Below are positions 20,595-28,714 of a stretch of DNA of 64,000 bases, one piece after another (the first letter of the stretch is position 1; the number at the start of each line of letters is the position of its first letter). Source of the DNA: an uncultured Pseudomonadota bacterium (lineage in GTDB: Bacteria; Pseudomonadota; Gammaproteobacteria; Burkholderiales; SG8-39); NCBI GenBank assembly GCA_903921325.1, contig CAIXPL010000004.1, forward strand, positions 45,744-109,743, in the 5' to 3' direction. The notes below the pieces were generated by a model. That model did no database searches, was not told the DNA's origin, and saw nothing but the letters and a program-made list of their open reading frames with translations. A program made the translations under genes and the position numbers.

Positions 20595-21359
20595 ATGGGC
20601 CAGTCGCGTGCCACCTTGCTGGGTTTGGCGCCACTGGCGGTCTTGCTCGGGCTATGGCAACTCGCAACCAGCGGGGGCTGGTACACCAGCGTCTTGCTGC
20701 CCGCGCCGATCGAGGTGGCGCGTGTCTTCGCCACCCAATGGCCGGCGCTATTGCATCACGTAGGCGCCAGTCTGACGCGGGTAAGCGTGGGCATTGCGAT
20801 GGCCTGTGCGACTGCCATACCGCTCGGGCTTTTGATCGGACGATTCAAATGGCTCGACGAGGTGACTGACTGGACCATACAAATTTTTCGGTCGCTGCCG
20901 GGTATCGCGCTCATACCGCTGGCGATTCTGTTCTTTGGCATTGGCGACAAGCCGGCCATCATTCTCATCACGCTGGCAGCATTCTGGCCGTTGGTGGTGA
21001 GCACCATATTCGGGGTGAAAAGCGTCGAGCGCACCTTGCTCAAGGTGGCGCGCGTTGCGCGAGCCGGTGACTTGCTGGTGCTGCGCGATATTCTGCTGCC
21101 CAGCGCCCTGCCCTCGATTCTCACCGGCCTGCGGCTCGCGGCGGGTGCCGGCTGGCTCACTGTGGTGACCGCTGAAATGATGGCGGTGAAGTCCGGGCTG
21201 GGCTACTACATCATGTATGCACAGACGACCTTCCGCGCCGAGGAGATCATCGCCGGCATTCTCACGATCGGCGCGATTGGACTGCTGTTTGATCAAGGTA
21301 TCCGCATGCTGCGCCATCGTATCTGCCGCTGGCAGGAAGGCCTGGTGCTCGAATCGTGA
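20595..21359 (+). CDS. ABC permease, SsuC/TauC type
   Basis: LPAPIEV, SLTRV, LPSALPSILTGLR, AEMM...SGLGY. Confidence 0.93.
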   Translation: MGQSRATLLGLAPLAVLLGLWQLATSGGWYTSVLLPAPIEVARVFATQWPALLHHVGASLTRVSVGIAMACATAIPLGLLIGRFKWLDEVTDWTIQIFRSLPGIALIPLAILFFGIGDKPAIILITLAAFWPLVVSTIFGVKSVERTLLKVARVARAGDLLVLRDILLPSALPSILTGLRLAAGAGWLTVVTAEMMAVKSGLGYYIMYAQTTFRAEEIIAGILTIGAIGLLFDQGIRMLRHRICRWQEGLVLES

Positions 21360-21456
21360 GGAAGGACGCGACCTATCACTGGCGCACACATACTGGTCCC
21401 CCCGGCATGCGTACCGGCCAAGCGTGCCAATGGGTCGATGCCTTGAGGTGGGCGGC

Positions 21457-22224
21457 ATGAGCCTGCTTGAATTGACATCGGTCTCCAAGACCTACCGGCG
21501 GCGCGGTGAAACCGTGCATGCGCTCGACGCGGTGTCTTTCAGCGCGCAATTCGGTGAATTCATCTGCCTGCTTGGTGTGTCGGGCTGTGGCAAATCAACC
21601 TTGCTACAGATTCTCGCTGGACTAGAACACGCCGATGGCGGCGAGGTCCGAATGGAAGGCGAACCCATCACCGAGTGCCATCCCGAGGCCAGCGTGGTGT
21701 TTCAGGAGCACGGCCTGTTCCCCTGGATGACCGTCGAGCGTAATGTCGAATTCAATATGAAGGCGCGCGGCGTCGGCAAGACTGAGCGAGGTCGGGTTGC
21801 GCACGACTTTATCGACCGCGTGGGGCTTGCCGGGTTTGAGCAGCGCTATCCGCATGAACTCTCAGGCGGCATGCGGCAGCGGGTAGGCATTGCGCGGGCA
21901 CTCACCACACGGCCGCGATTGCTGTTGATGGATGAGCCGTTTGGGGCGCTCGATGCGCAGACCCGCTCGGTCATGCAAAGCCAGTTGCTCGAACTCTGGC
22001 AGGCCTATCGCGCAACGGTTGTGTTCGTCACCCACAGCGTGGACGAGGCGGTGTTTCTGGCCGACCGGATTGTGATCATGTCACCGCGCCCTGGGCGGGT
22101 GCGATCGATTGTGCCAGTCGACCTGCCACGGCCGCGCGATCGTGCCGACCCGCGCTTTGGGCAATGCGTCGGTGAGGTGCTCGCGCTCATTCACGAGGAT
22201 CTGCGGCAGTTGGTCGGGGCCTGA
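21457..22224 (+). CDS. ABC ATPase, SsuB/TauB type
   Basis: GVSGCGKST, LSGGMRQR, LLMDEPFGALD, VTH. Confidence 0.95.
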   Translation: MSLLELTSVSKTYRRRGETVHALDAVSFSAQFGEFICLLGVSGCGKSTLLQILAGLEHADGGEVRMEGEPITECHPEASVVFQEHGLFPWMTVERNVEFNMKARGVGKTERGRVAHDFIDRVGLAGFEQRYPHELSGGMRQRVGIARALTTRPRLLLMDEPFGALDAQTRSVMQSQLLELWQAYRATVVFVTHSVDEAVFLADRIVIMSPRPGRVRSIVPVDLPRPRDRADPRFGQCVGEVLALIHEDLRQLVGA

Positions 22225-22369
22225 GCCCAATCCGGCGAACGCACAGACGCGTGAAGGCGATGGTCGTATCGTTCGGTTGATTGGTTCTCTTTTGAAGGAC
22301 CCGATGCGACTGAACTGGTGTTCGATTCCACGGTGCGCCGTCGCACCATCTGCGACAAAGCAAGGTGGA

Positions 22370-22960
22370 ATGCTGCCCAACCTGATCCTGCAGCGCCTTC
22401 ATCAATGGCTGCTCGCGATCGTGATGGCATTTGCACTTTGCGCTGTAAGCGTCGCACCAGTGCTTGCTGACGAATCTGCAACCGCGAGCACATGGTTCGA
22501 TAGCATCATTGAACGCGTTAAAAGCACCTGGGTCGACGGGCAGCCGGAACTCTATCTGCCATTGCATACCTACCACGCGCGGTTTGCCTATTCCAAAGAG
22601 CAGATCGACGAATTCAACGAAACGCCGCTGGGCCTGGGCATCGGCAAGGGCACTTACGACGCGAACGGCGACTGGCATGGTTTGTACGTGATGGAATTTC
22701 AGGCATCTCACTTCAAGCCGGAGTATGTGACAGGCTACGGTTACAAGACCTATTGGCCACTATTCGATCAACTGAAGTTCGGCTTGGGCTACACCGCCTT
22801 CGTGACGACAAGAGCCGATATTGGCCACTACACGCCGATTCCGGGCTTACTCCCGATGGCTGCTCTCGAATACCAACGGTATGCTTTCAATGTCGTGTTC
22901 GTACCCGGTGGGCATGGTTTTGGCAACATCCTGCTGTTCTTTGGTACCGCGCACTTTTGA
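22370..22960 (+). CDS. pagP: Lipid A palmitoyltransferase PagP homolog
   Basis: Signal peptide, HTYHARFAY, NETPLGLGIG, WHGLY, GYGY, VPGG..GNIL, terminal Phe. Confidence 0.9.
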   Translation: MLPNLILQRLHQWLLAIVMAFALCAVSVAPVLADESATASTWFDSIIERVKSTWVDGQPELYLPLHTYHARFAYSKEQIDEFNETPLGLGIGKGTYDANGDWHGLYVMEFQASHFKPEYVTGYGYKTYWPLFDQLKFGLGYTAFVTTRADIGHYTPIPGLLPMAALEYQRYAFNVVFVPGGHGFGNILLFFGTAHF

Positions 22961-23081
22961 CAGTGTCTGAGCGGTATTCGACGTTCAGAGGACGAATCGA
23001 ATCGTCTTAGGTCACTGCAGGAACGGCTGGCTCCTGGTGTCGCCCGGTTCGCTCAGTGCCCGAGCCAGTTCACTTGATCGG

Positions 23082-23873
23082 TCACGCAACGCCCAGTATC
23101 CAGCCCTCGACACCGGCAACCGTGCGCTGCGAGTCAGTCAGATCCGGGTTGAGAAACCTTGCTAGCTGGCCGTCAAGGTCGGCCTCGCGCATCCGCGCGG
23201 CAACCGAGTAGGCATCATGCTGATCGTCGGTGCGCCCCTCTTTCGCGTAGTCGTGTTTCCACAGGGTCGGATAGACCTCGGCCAGGGCCGACCGACCCGC
23301 AGGAATCTGCCAACCGTCAAAGGGCCAGAAGTGCACCCGCTCGCCCAATCGCCGGCGCAGATGCAGCAACCACGGTATGCCAGCATGTGTGGATTTGGCA
23401 ACCGAGCCGGGCACATCGAAGTGGAATACTGACTTGGCCGACCGGGTCCGCTCCTCCGTGAACCGGCGCCAGCGGGCAGAGCCGGTGCGATCGGCGCCGT
23501 TGCCAACGATCCCGTCACGTACAAAGTCAACGCAGACATGGTCTTGGTCGGTCGGCCAATGGTGCTGAAAGTCTGCAAGGAAAGCCGGCCAATCGGGCGC
23601 CAGACAATGAGCCTCGAAATACCGCAGCGGAAACGAAAAGCCGTGGTCGATGCCGACCAGAGTCGGTCTGTCCTCGGCCAGACGCGCGAGCAGCCATTCG
23701 GCAATACCGCGCCGCGTCCAACAGGTGCGCGGACTGGGCGGCGGGGGCACTTCTGCGGGACACGACGACAGGTCTGCCTGATAGACGCGTAAACCCTTGA
23801 GGCTGGCGCTTGGCGTCTTGGCTCCCGAATAATCGATGCCGATGTAGCGTTCGAAGGCAGGCTGACGAGGTAT
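23082..23873 (-). CDS. Predicted RNase H-fold nuclease (DUF429-like); start uncertain
   Basis: YIGIDYSG, LVGIDHGFSFP, AEVYP, HDA acidic motifs; the ORF-track N-terminus (to 23966) looks like an XRE C-terminus. Confidence 0.6.
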   Translation of the reverse strand: MPRQPAFERYIGIDYSGAKTPSASLKGLRVYQADLSSCPAEVPPPPSPRTCWTRRGIAEWLLARLAEDRPTLVGIDHGFSFPLRYFEAHCLAPDWPAFLADFQHHWPTDQDHVCVDFVRDGIVGNGADRTGSARWRRFTEERTRSAKSVFHFDVPGSVAKSTHAGIPWLLHLRRRLGERVHFWPFDGWQIPAGRSALAEVYPTLWKHDYAKEGRTDDQHDAYSVAARMREADLDGQLARFLNPDLTDSQRTVAGVEGWILGVA

Positions 23874-23879
23874 CTGGCC

Positions 23880-24037
23880 GCTAAAGCGGTCCGCGTGCCT
23901 TGTCTCCGCACGTCGCCGCGTCACCGCCACTTCCACGCGTGAGCCGAGCCCATTGAGCATCGCCATGAGGCGCTCGAATCAAAGTCCCTATAGATGTTCC
24001 CGCTTCCACGGACGCTCTTTGTAGCCTTCGGAATCAT
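23880..24037 (-). pseudogene. Internally deleted XRE (HTH_37/HigA-like) antitoxin
   Basis: ATG at 24037 gives MIPKATKSVRGSGNIYRDF; after a frameshift, ERLMAMLNGLGSRVEVAV; the HTH core is missing. Confidence 0.65.
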
Positions 24038-24099
24038 GGCGCGATTGTCCCACTCCGAGACCAAACGTTGAATTTTCCGACCCAGCACCCCTTGCTACT

Positions 24100-24121
24100 C
24101 TTGCTACTTCTGCTACCGATC
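24100..24121 (+). repeat. 22-bp direct repeat, copy 1 (CTTGCTACTTCTGCTACCGATC)
   Basis: Identical to 24937-24958. Confidence 0.9.
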
Positions 24122-24200
24122 GGCGTACGCGCCGGTGCGACGGTAGCGAACGAAGCGACAGCAGTAGTTTTCTCCGGTGCCGAAATACAGTCTTTGAGGA

Positions 24201-24545
24201 TCACGGAATGATGAGCAACGCCTTGATCTTTGCACGCACGTGAGTCATGACGTCCGCAGGCACACTGCCTTTCTTCCTGGCACGACGAACCTTCCAGTCG
24301 AGCGACTTGACCTGATCAGCGAGAACAGCGCTGGCGACGCCATCTACCTCGATGGGCACTTCAAAGGGATACCCCTTGATCTGGGTGGTCATGGGGCAGC
24401 AGACCATGAGCCCGCTCCTGCCGTTATAGCTCGCGGGGCTGATGACCAGGGCTGGACGATGTCCGGCCTGCTCATGCCCGGACTGCGGGTCGAATTTGAG
24501 CCAGGCCACGTCACCGGCGTCGGGCACGTAGCCGCGCGTTGCCAT
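24201..24545 (-). CDS. mazF: MazF endoribonuclease toxin
   Basis: YVPDAGD, FDPQSGHEQAGHRPALV, GYPFEV, DQVKSLDWKVR. Confidence 0.96.
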   Translation of the reverse strand: MATRGYVPDAGDVAWLKFDPQSGHEQAGHRPALVISPASYNGRSGLMVCCPMTTQIKGYPFEVPIEVDGVASAVLADQVKSLDWKVRRARKKGSVPADVMTHVRAKIKALLIIP

Positions 24546-24787
24546 CAAAGGGCTTCTTTGCCGACCGGCATGCCGAAGCTGATCTCGGTGTGCAGGTTCC
24601 TGGCGGTGATGCCGCCAACCAGATTTTCAAGGTCGTATTCAATTTTGCTCGAAGGCTCGATGACGATGCGACCGTGCGTGACGGTCAGGTTAACCTTCTG
24701 CTCCAGGCTGAACGCAGCCTCCTTGATCGCGGACACCGGGAGCCGAACGGCAGGACTGTTGCCCCATTTGCGGATTACAGCTTCCAT
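24545..24787 (-). CDS. mazE: MazE (AbrB-fold) antitoxin
   Basis: IRKWGNSPAVRLP, GITARNLH, PVGKE; GGAG SD. Confidence 0.96.
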   Translation of the reverse strand: MEAVIRKWGNSPAVRLPVSAIKEAAFSLEQKVNLTVTHGRIVIEPSSKIEYDLENLVGGITARNLHTEISFGMPVGKEAL

Positions 24788-24804
24788 GATCTCACTCCTG
24801 ATTT

Positions 24805-24827
24805 ATGTATCTACATTGTAGATACAT
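24805..24827. promoter_or_regulatory. mazEF operator palindrome ATGTATCTACA-T-TGTAGATACAT
   Basis: Perfect 11-bp inverted repeat 17 nt upstream of mazE. Confidence 0.8.
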
Positions 24828-24936
24828 CTGTAAGAAACTCAAGCGGCGCAGTGGCGCCGGGGCCGACACAGAGCGCTGGCCAGCAACTGTTATTGTCCGG
24901 CCGTGCTCACGTATTGCGCCTGGGACCCCTCGCCAC

Positions 24937-24958
24937 CTTGCTACTTCTGCTACCGATC
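24937..24958 (+). repeat. 22-bp direct repeat, copy 2
   Basis: Identical to 24100-24121. Confidence 0.9.
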
Positions 24959-25042
24959 CACCTGGAGCACCAAGGGGATGGCCACAATCGTGGCCATAAT
25001 TCCAAGATATATTAGTAGTCTGCCTAGCGATTCAGAGTTCAT
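24950..25042 (-). pseudogene. 30-aa hydrophobic ORF, probably a truncated membrane-protein gene
   Basis: MNSESLGRLLIYLGIMATIVAIPLVLQVDR*; the stop falls inside the 22-bp repeat. Confidence 0.4.
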
Positions 25043-25126
25043 GAATTCGGATTGTCCCACCGGGCTATAGCAATACTAAATGCATGACATAATTCTGCCG
25101 TCAATCAAATGGGATAGCCATCTCGA

Positions 25127-25151
25127 ACGACCGTAAATGGCCGATCGGCGC
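25127..25151 (+). repeat. 25-bp motif, copy 1 (ACGACCG-TAAA-TGGCCG-ATC-GGCGC)
   Basis: Same spacing as copies at 25272 and 26014; the last block is divergent. Confidence 0.5.
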
Positions 25152-25156
25152 CTCGG

Positions 25157-25226
25157 CGGTAACGTTCAAGGTGACAGGCGCTGCACGGCTTCACCGCGTA
25201 GCGTCCCCTGCTCCGCCGGGTTGGGC
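25157..25226 (+). other. attC-like integron cassette recombination site (lone, degenerate)
   Basis: ...TAAC GTTCAAGGTGACAGGCGCTGCACGG-CTTCA-CCGCGTAGCGTCC...CGG GTTGGGC: AAC/GTTRRRY ends, central hairpin, 70 bp. Confidence 0.68.
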
Positions 25227-25271
25227 ATCTACGTCCTTTTGACGATGCGATTCGGTGGAGGGTAACCGTTG

Positions 25272-25296
25272 ACGTCCGGAATTGGCCGGTGGCGGC
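25272..25296 (+). repeat. 25-bp motif, copy 2 (ACGTCCG-GAAT-TGGCCG-GTG-GCGGC)
   Basis: Just past the vapC stop. Confidence 0.55.
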
Positions 25297-25309
25297 AATT
25301 CTTTGCCCG

Positions 25310-25705
25310 TCAGACACTGACAAATCCCGGCAACTTGGCAGCCCTCGAATCGAAGGTTGCGGTGGCTGAGCATCCCAATCGTTTGTTCCTTGTTCCGATC
25401 AGACAATCTGCGAAACCAACCGATCTGTCCTTCCAGACAAACAGAGCCTCTTCTATCGCCGGCTCGTCCTCGAATTGAACATCGGTTGCATCCAGAAGCC
25501 CGGAAATCGTTCCGATGATTTCTGCTTTTTGGACGTCGTACCGGCTGCGCAATACCCATTCGGTTTCCAAAAGAACCAGCTGGCTCACGAAAACACGCCT
25601 TCCCGCCGCCACTTCGCGCTTGATCAGGCGGCGCGCTTTCTCAAACTGCGATTCGTCATCCCGAACCAAGAAGCGAACGAGAACGTTGGTATCAATGCCG
25701 AGCAT
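25310..25705 (-). CDS. vapC: VapC (PIN) toxin
   Basis: MLGIDTNVLVRFL, LLETEWVL, FADCLI, TFD. Confidence 0.95.
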   Translation of the reverse strand: MLGIDTNVLVRFLVRDDESQFEKARRLIKREVAAGRRVFVSQLVLLETEWVLRSRYDVQKAEIIGTISGLLDATDVQFEDEPAIEEALFVWKDRSVGFADCLIGTRNKRLGCSATATFDSRAAKLPGFVSV

Positions 25706-25923
25706 TAGATCGATAGCTGCTCAACAGATACGGGTTTCCGGCCCTTCTTGTGCAGTATCCCGGCAAGCTCGGCGACACTCTTGCTCTTCACTCGCATTAC
25801 TACCGTAGCATCAGGCATTAGCGTGAAGGTCATTCGATCTCCAGGCTTCATTCCAAGACCATCCCGAATTTCCTTGGGAATTGTTGTTTGGCCCTTGCTA
25901 GTAAGTGTGGCATCCGTTGGCAT
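25705..25923 (-). CDS. vapB: VapB (AbrB-fold) antitoxin
   Basis: ATLTSKGQTTIPKEIRDGLGMKPGD; GAGGAG SD; upstream CCTTAC...GTAAGG inverted repeat at 25939-25963. Confidence 0.93.
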   Translation of the reverse strand: MPTDATLTSKGQTTIPKEIRDGLGMKPGDRMTFTLMPDATVVMRVKSKSVAELAGILHKKGRKPVSVEQLSI

Positions 25924-26013
25924 CTCAATCTCCTCTATCCTTACGTTCTCCATCATAGTAAGGGATTCGGGAAAAGGCAAGCGAGCATTATCGAAATGGA
26001 ATGAGCACCTCGA

Positions 26014-26038
26014 CCGACCGCTTTTGGCCGGAAGCGGC
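26014..26038 (+). repeat. 25-bp motif, copy 3 (CCGACCG-CTTT-TGGCCG-GAA-GCGGC), palindromic
   Basis: CCGCTT..GGCC..AAGCGG; upstream of vapB. Confidence 0.55.
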
Positions 26039-26145
26039 GTTGGTGGGCGTCTGCTCTGGAGCATCGGAATTTCTCGGAATCGTGAAAATCTGGAGTGGTT
26101 CGGCTTCGCCCGGATCCTTGGCAGTGGATCGCTTTTGGTTTTGCC

Positions 26146-26277
26146 TTAGCCGAACAATTCAGCGTGGGTACCCGCACGTACGAAAACAATCTGCTCGTTC
26201 TGGCCGCGACCCTCAACGCGATAGATCAACAGAAAATCTCCTCCGATATGGCACTCCCGGTGATCTGCCCAATCGTC
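26146..26277 (-). pseudogene. yafQ: C-terminal half of a YafQ (RelE-fold) toxin
   Basis: Manual translation DDWADHRECHIGGDFLLIYRVEGRGQNEQIVFVRAGTHAELFG*; no start codon; abuts the ychF stop. Confidence 0.88.
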
Positions 26278-26279
26278 AG

Positions 26280-27371
26280 TCAGACGTTAAACCTGAAGTG
26301 CATCACATCGCCATCGGCCACCACGTACTCTTTGCCTTCCAGGCGCATCTTGCCGGCTTCGCGGGCGCCCTGCTCGCCTTTGCAGGCGATGTAGTCGGCA
26401 AACGCAATCGTCTCGGCACGAATGAAGCCGTGCTCGAAATCAGTGTGGATCACCCCGGCGGCCTGTGGCGCAGTAGCACCTACGCGCACCGTCCAGGCCC
26501 GTACTTCCTTCTGCCCGGCAGTGAAATAGGTCTGTAATCCGAGCAAGCGGAACCCGGCGCGAATCACCCGGTTGAGGCCCGGTTCTTCCAGTCCCATATC
26601 GGCCAGAAAAATCGCCTTGTCCTCATCCGACAGATCGGCCATCTGTGCTTCCAGCGCCGCGCTGATCACCACCACCGGTGAATTCTCCGAGGCGGCGTGT
26701 GCCTGCAGGCGCTCGAGCATCGCATTCCCGGTGAAACCATCTTCGGCCACATTGGCCACATACATGGTGGGCTTGGCGGTGAGCAAAAAGAGCGGACGCA
26801 CCACCGCCTGCTCTTCCTTGCTCAAGTCCACGCTGCGCGCCGGTCGGCCTTCGTTCAACACCGGTTGCAAGCGATCCAGCACGCTCACCAGACGCTGCGC
26901 TTCCTTGTCGCCTGAGCGCGCCACCTTGGCATAGCGGGCATATTGCTTGTCCAGTGTCTGCAAATCTGCCAATGCCAATTCGGTATTGATCACCAGCGCG
27001 TCATCAACCGGGTCAACACGACCGGCCACGTGAATCACGTTGTCGTCGTTGAAACAGCGCACCACATGGGCGATGGCATCGGTCTCGCGGATATTGGCCA
27101 GAAACTGGTTGCCCAGGCCCTCACCCTTGGAAGCGCCAGCCACCAGCCCCGCAATATCGACAAACTCCACCGTGGCCGGAAGAATCTTCTGCGGATTGAC
27201 CAGTGCCGACAACTGCGCCAGGCGTGGGTCGGGCACCTCGACGATCCCCACATTGGGCTCGATGGTGCAAAACGGATAGTTCTCTGCCGCAATACCGGCC
27301 TTGGTGAGTGCGTTGAACAGGGTGCTCTTGCCCACATTGGGCAGGCCGACAATACCGATCTTGAGCGCCAC
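26280..27371 (-). CDS. ychF: Redox-regulated ATPase YchF
   Basis: [39 protein letters not shown]. Confidence 0.99.
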   Translation of the reverse strand: MALKIGIVGLPNVGKSTLFNALTKAGIAAENYPFCTIEPNVGIVEVPDPRLAQLSALVNPQKILPATVEFVDIAGLVAGASKGEGLGNQFLANIRETDAIAHVVRCFNDDNVIHVAGRVDPVDDALVINTELALADLQTLDKQYARYAKVARSGDKEAQRLVSVLDRLQPVLNEGRPARSVDLSKEEQAVVRPLFLLTAKPTMYVANVAEDGFTGNAMLERLQAHAASENSPVVVISAALEAQMADLSDEDKAIFLADMGLEEPGLNRVIRAGFRLLGLQTYFTAGQKEVRAWTVRVGATAPQAAGVIHTDFEHGFIRAETIAFADYIACKGEQGAREAGKMRLEGKEYVVADGDVMHFRFNV

Positions 27372-27374
27372 GAA

Positions 27375-28031
27375 TCACTCTCCCTTGGGTGCGGACGGGG
27401 CCGCGGGTGCAGTTGTTGCCGGTTTGGGCGGTTTGGGTGCTTTGGGTGGCTTGGCCACCCCATGAAGTTTCAACATCGCCCCCTGCATGTCGCCCGAGAC
27501 GATCTGGGACATGACATCCAGACTGCGGTCAATCGCCAAGTCAATGTCAATGCGATCATCGACACTGGGCGAGGAGAGTACCCAATCCGCGACGCGATTG
27601 CGATCGCCGGGATGACCGATGCCCAGGCGCAAGCGCCAGAAGTCCTTCGAGCCCGACTGCTCAGCGATATCGCGCAGGCCGTTATGCCCGGCAATACCAC
27701 CGCCGAGTTTGAGCCGCGCAGTGCCGGGTGCCAGATCGAGTTCGTCGTGCACCACCAGAATCTGCTCGGGCTCGATCCTGAAGAAGCGTGCCAGGGGCGC
27801 CACCGACTGACCCGAGCGATTCATATAGGTCTGCGGCAATACAAAAAAAAGATCGCCGGCCGCAGTCTGCGTGCGGCCGACCAATCCCTTGTATTTCGTA
27901 TCGCGATCGAGTCTCACACCGAGGCTCGACGCGTACCGCTCGATCAGCCAGAACCCGGCGTTATGCCGGTCCCGCTCATGCTCACGGCCCGGGTTGCCGA
28001 GCCCGGCAATCAGGCGGATCGGAGAACTTAT
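27375..28031 (-). CDS. pth: Peptidyl-tRNA hydrolase (non-canonical start, probably ATA)
   Basis: Frame extends past the ORF-track start to IRLIAGLGNPG..RHNAGFW; TYMNRSG, VVHDELD, GHNGLRD, RLRLGIGHP. Confidence 0.95.
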   Translation of the reverse strand: MSSPIRLIAGLGNPGREHERDRHNAGFWLIERYASSLGVRLDRDTKYKGLVGRTQTAAGDLFFVLPQTYMNRSGQSVAPLARFFRIEPEQILVVHDELDLAPGTARLKLGGGIAGHNGLRDIAEQSGSKDFWRLRLGIGHPGDRNRVADWVLSSPSVDDRIDIDLAIDRSLDVMSQIVSGDMQGAMLKLHGVAKPPKAPKPPKPATTAPAAPSAPKGE

Positions 28032-28714
28032 TTCTTACCGCCCTTGGCTGCCGGGGCCTTGGCCGCGGCTTCCTTCGGTGGCTGCTTGGACGCGGGCACT
28101 GCCGAGGCCGGGGTCGCGCCAGGTGCAGCCTTGTCCTCTTCCACCGCGCCGCGTGGCAGCGGTGCGACAACAACCACCGGATTTTCCTTGCGATGGATCA
28201 CCGGCTCGACGCCCTTGGGGAAAGGCAGATCGGTCACATGGATGGCCTGGCCTGCGACCAGGTCCTTCAGATCCACCGTGATGTACTCGGGGAGATCAGC
28301 CGGCAGGCAGCGGATGTTGATCTCATTCAACACATGGCTCACGTTGGCGGCAGACACTTTGACCGCCGGTGAGATTTCCACGTTGGTAAAGTGCAGCGGC
28401 ACTTTCATGTGGACTTTTTCATCGGCCCGCACGCGCTGGAAATCAACGTGCTGAACAATCGGGCGCCAGGGGTGCATGTTGAACGCCCGCAGCAACACCT
28501 GCTCGGCCTTGCCGTCCACGGTGAGCGAGAGGATCGAGGCGTGAAACTTCTCATGGCGCAAGGCCTGGAAGATCGCGTTATGGTCCAGTTCGATGTTCAT
28601 CGGATCGGCACTACCGCCGTACACGATGGCGGGCACTTTGCCCGCGTGGCGCAGACGGCGGCTCGCACCCGTCCCAAGCGCCTGGCGCGATTGCGCAACG
28701 ACTTCAATTGCCAT
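28028..28714 (-). CDS. rplY: 50S ribosomal protein L25 / general stress protein Ctc
   Basis: GTGASRRLRHAGKVPAIVYG, HVDFQRV, CLPADLPE; AGGAG SD. Confidence 0.97.
   Translation of the reverse strand: MAIEVVAQSRQALGTGASRRLRHAGKVPAIVYGGSADPMNIELDHNAIFQALRHEKFHASILSLTVDGKAEQVLLRAFNMHPWRPIVQHVDFQRVRADEKVHMKVPLHFTNVEISPAVKVSAANVSHVLNEINIRCLPADLPEYITVDLKDLVAGQAIHVTDLPFPKGVEPVIHRKENPVVVVAPLPRGAVEEDKAAPGATPASAVPASKQPPKEAAAKAPAAKGGKK

Larger units (their letters stand above)
22961..26279. mobile_element. TA-rich accessory island at the ychF 3' end (no integrase in window)
   Basis: mazEF, vapBC, HigA-like and YafQ remnants, attC-like site, direct repeats; visibly more AT-rich spacers. Confidence 0.65.

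Noticed and set aside
23876-23891. GACCGCTTTAGCGGCC (minus strand) as a fourth copy of the 25-bp motif
   Set aside because: Lacks the TGGCCG core and is in the opposite orientation; could be chance
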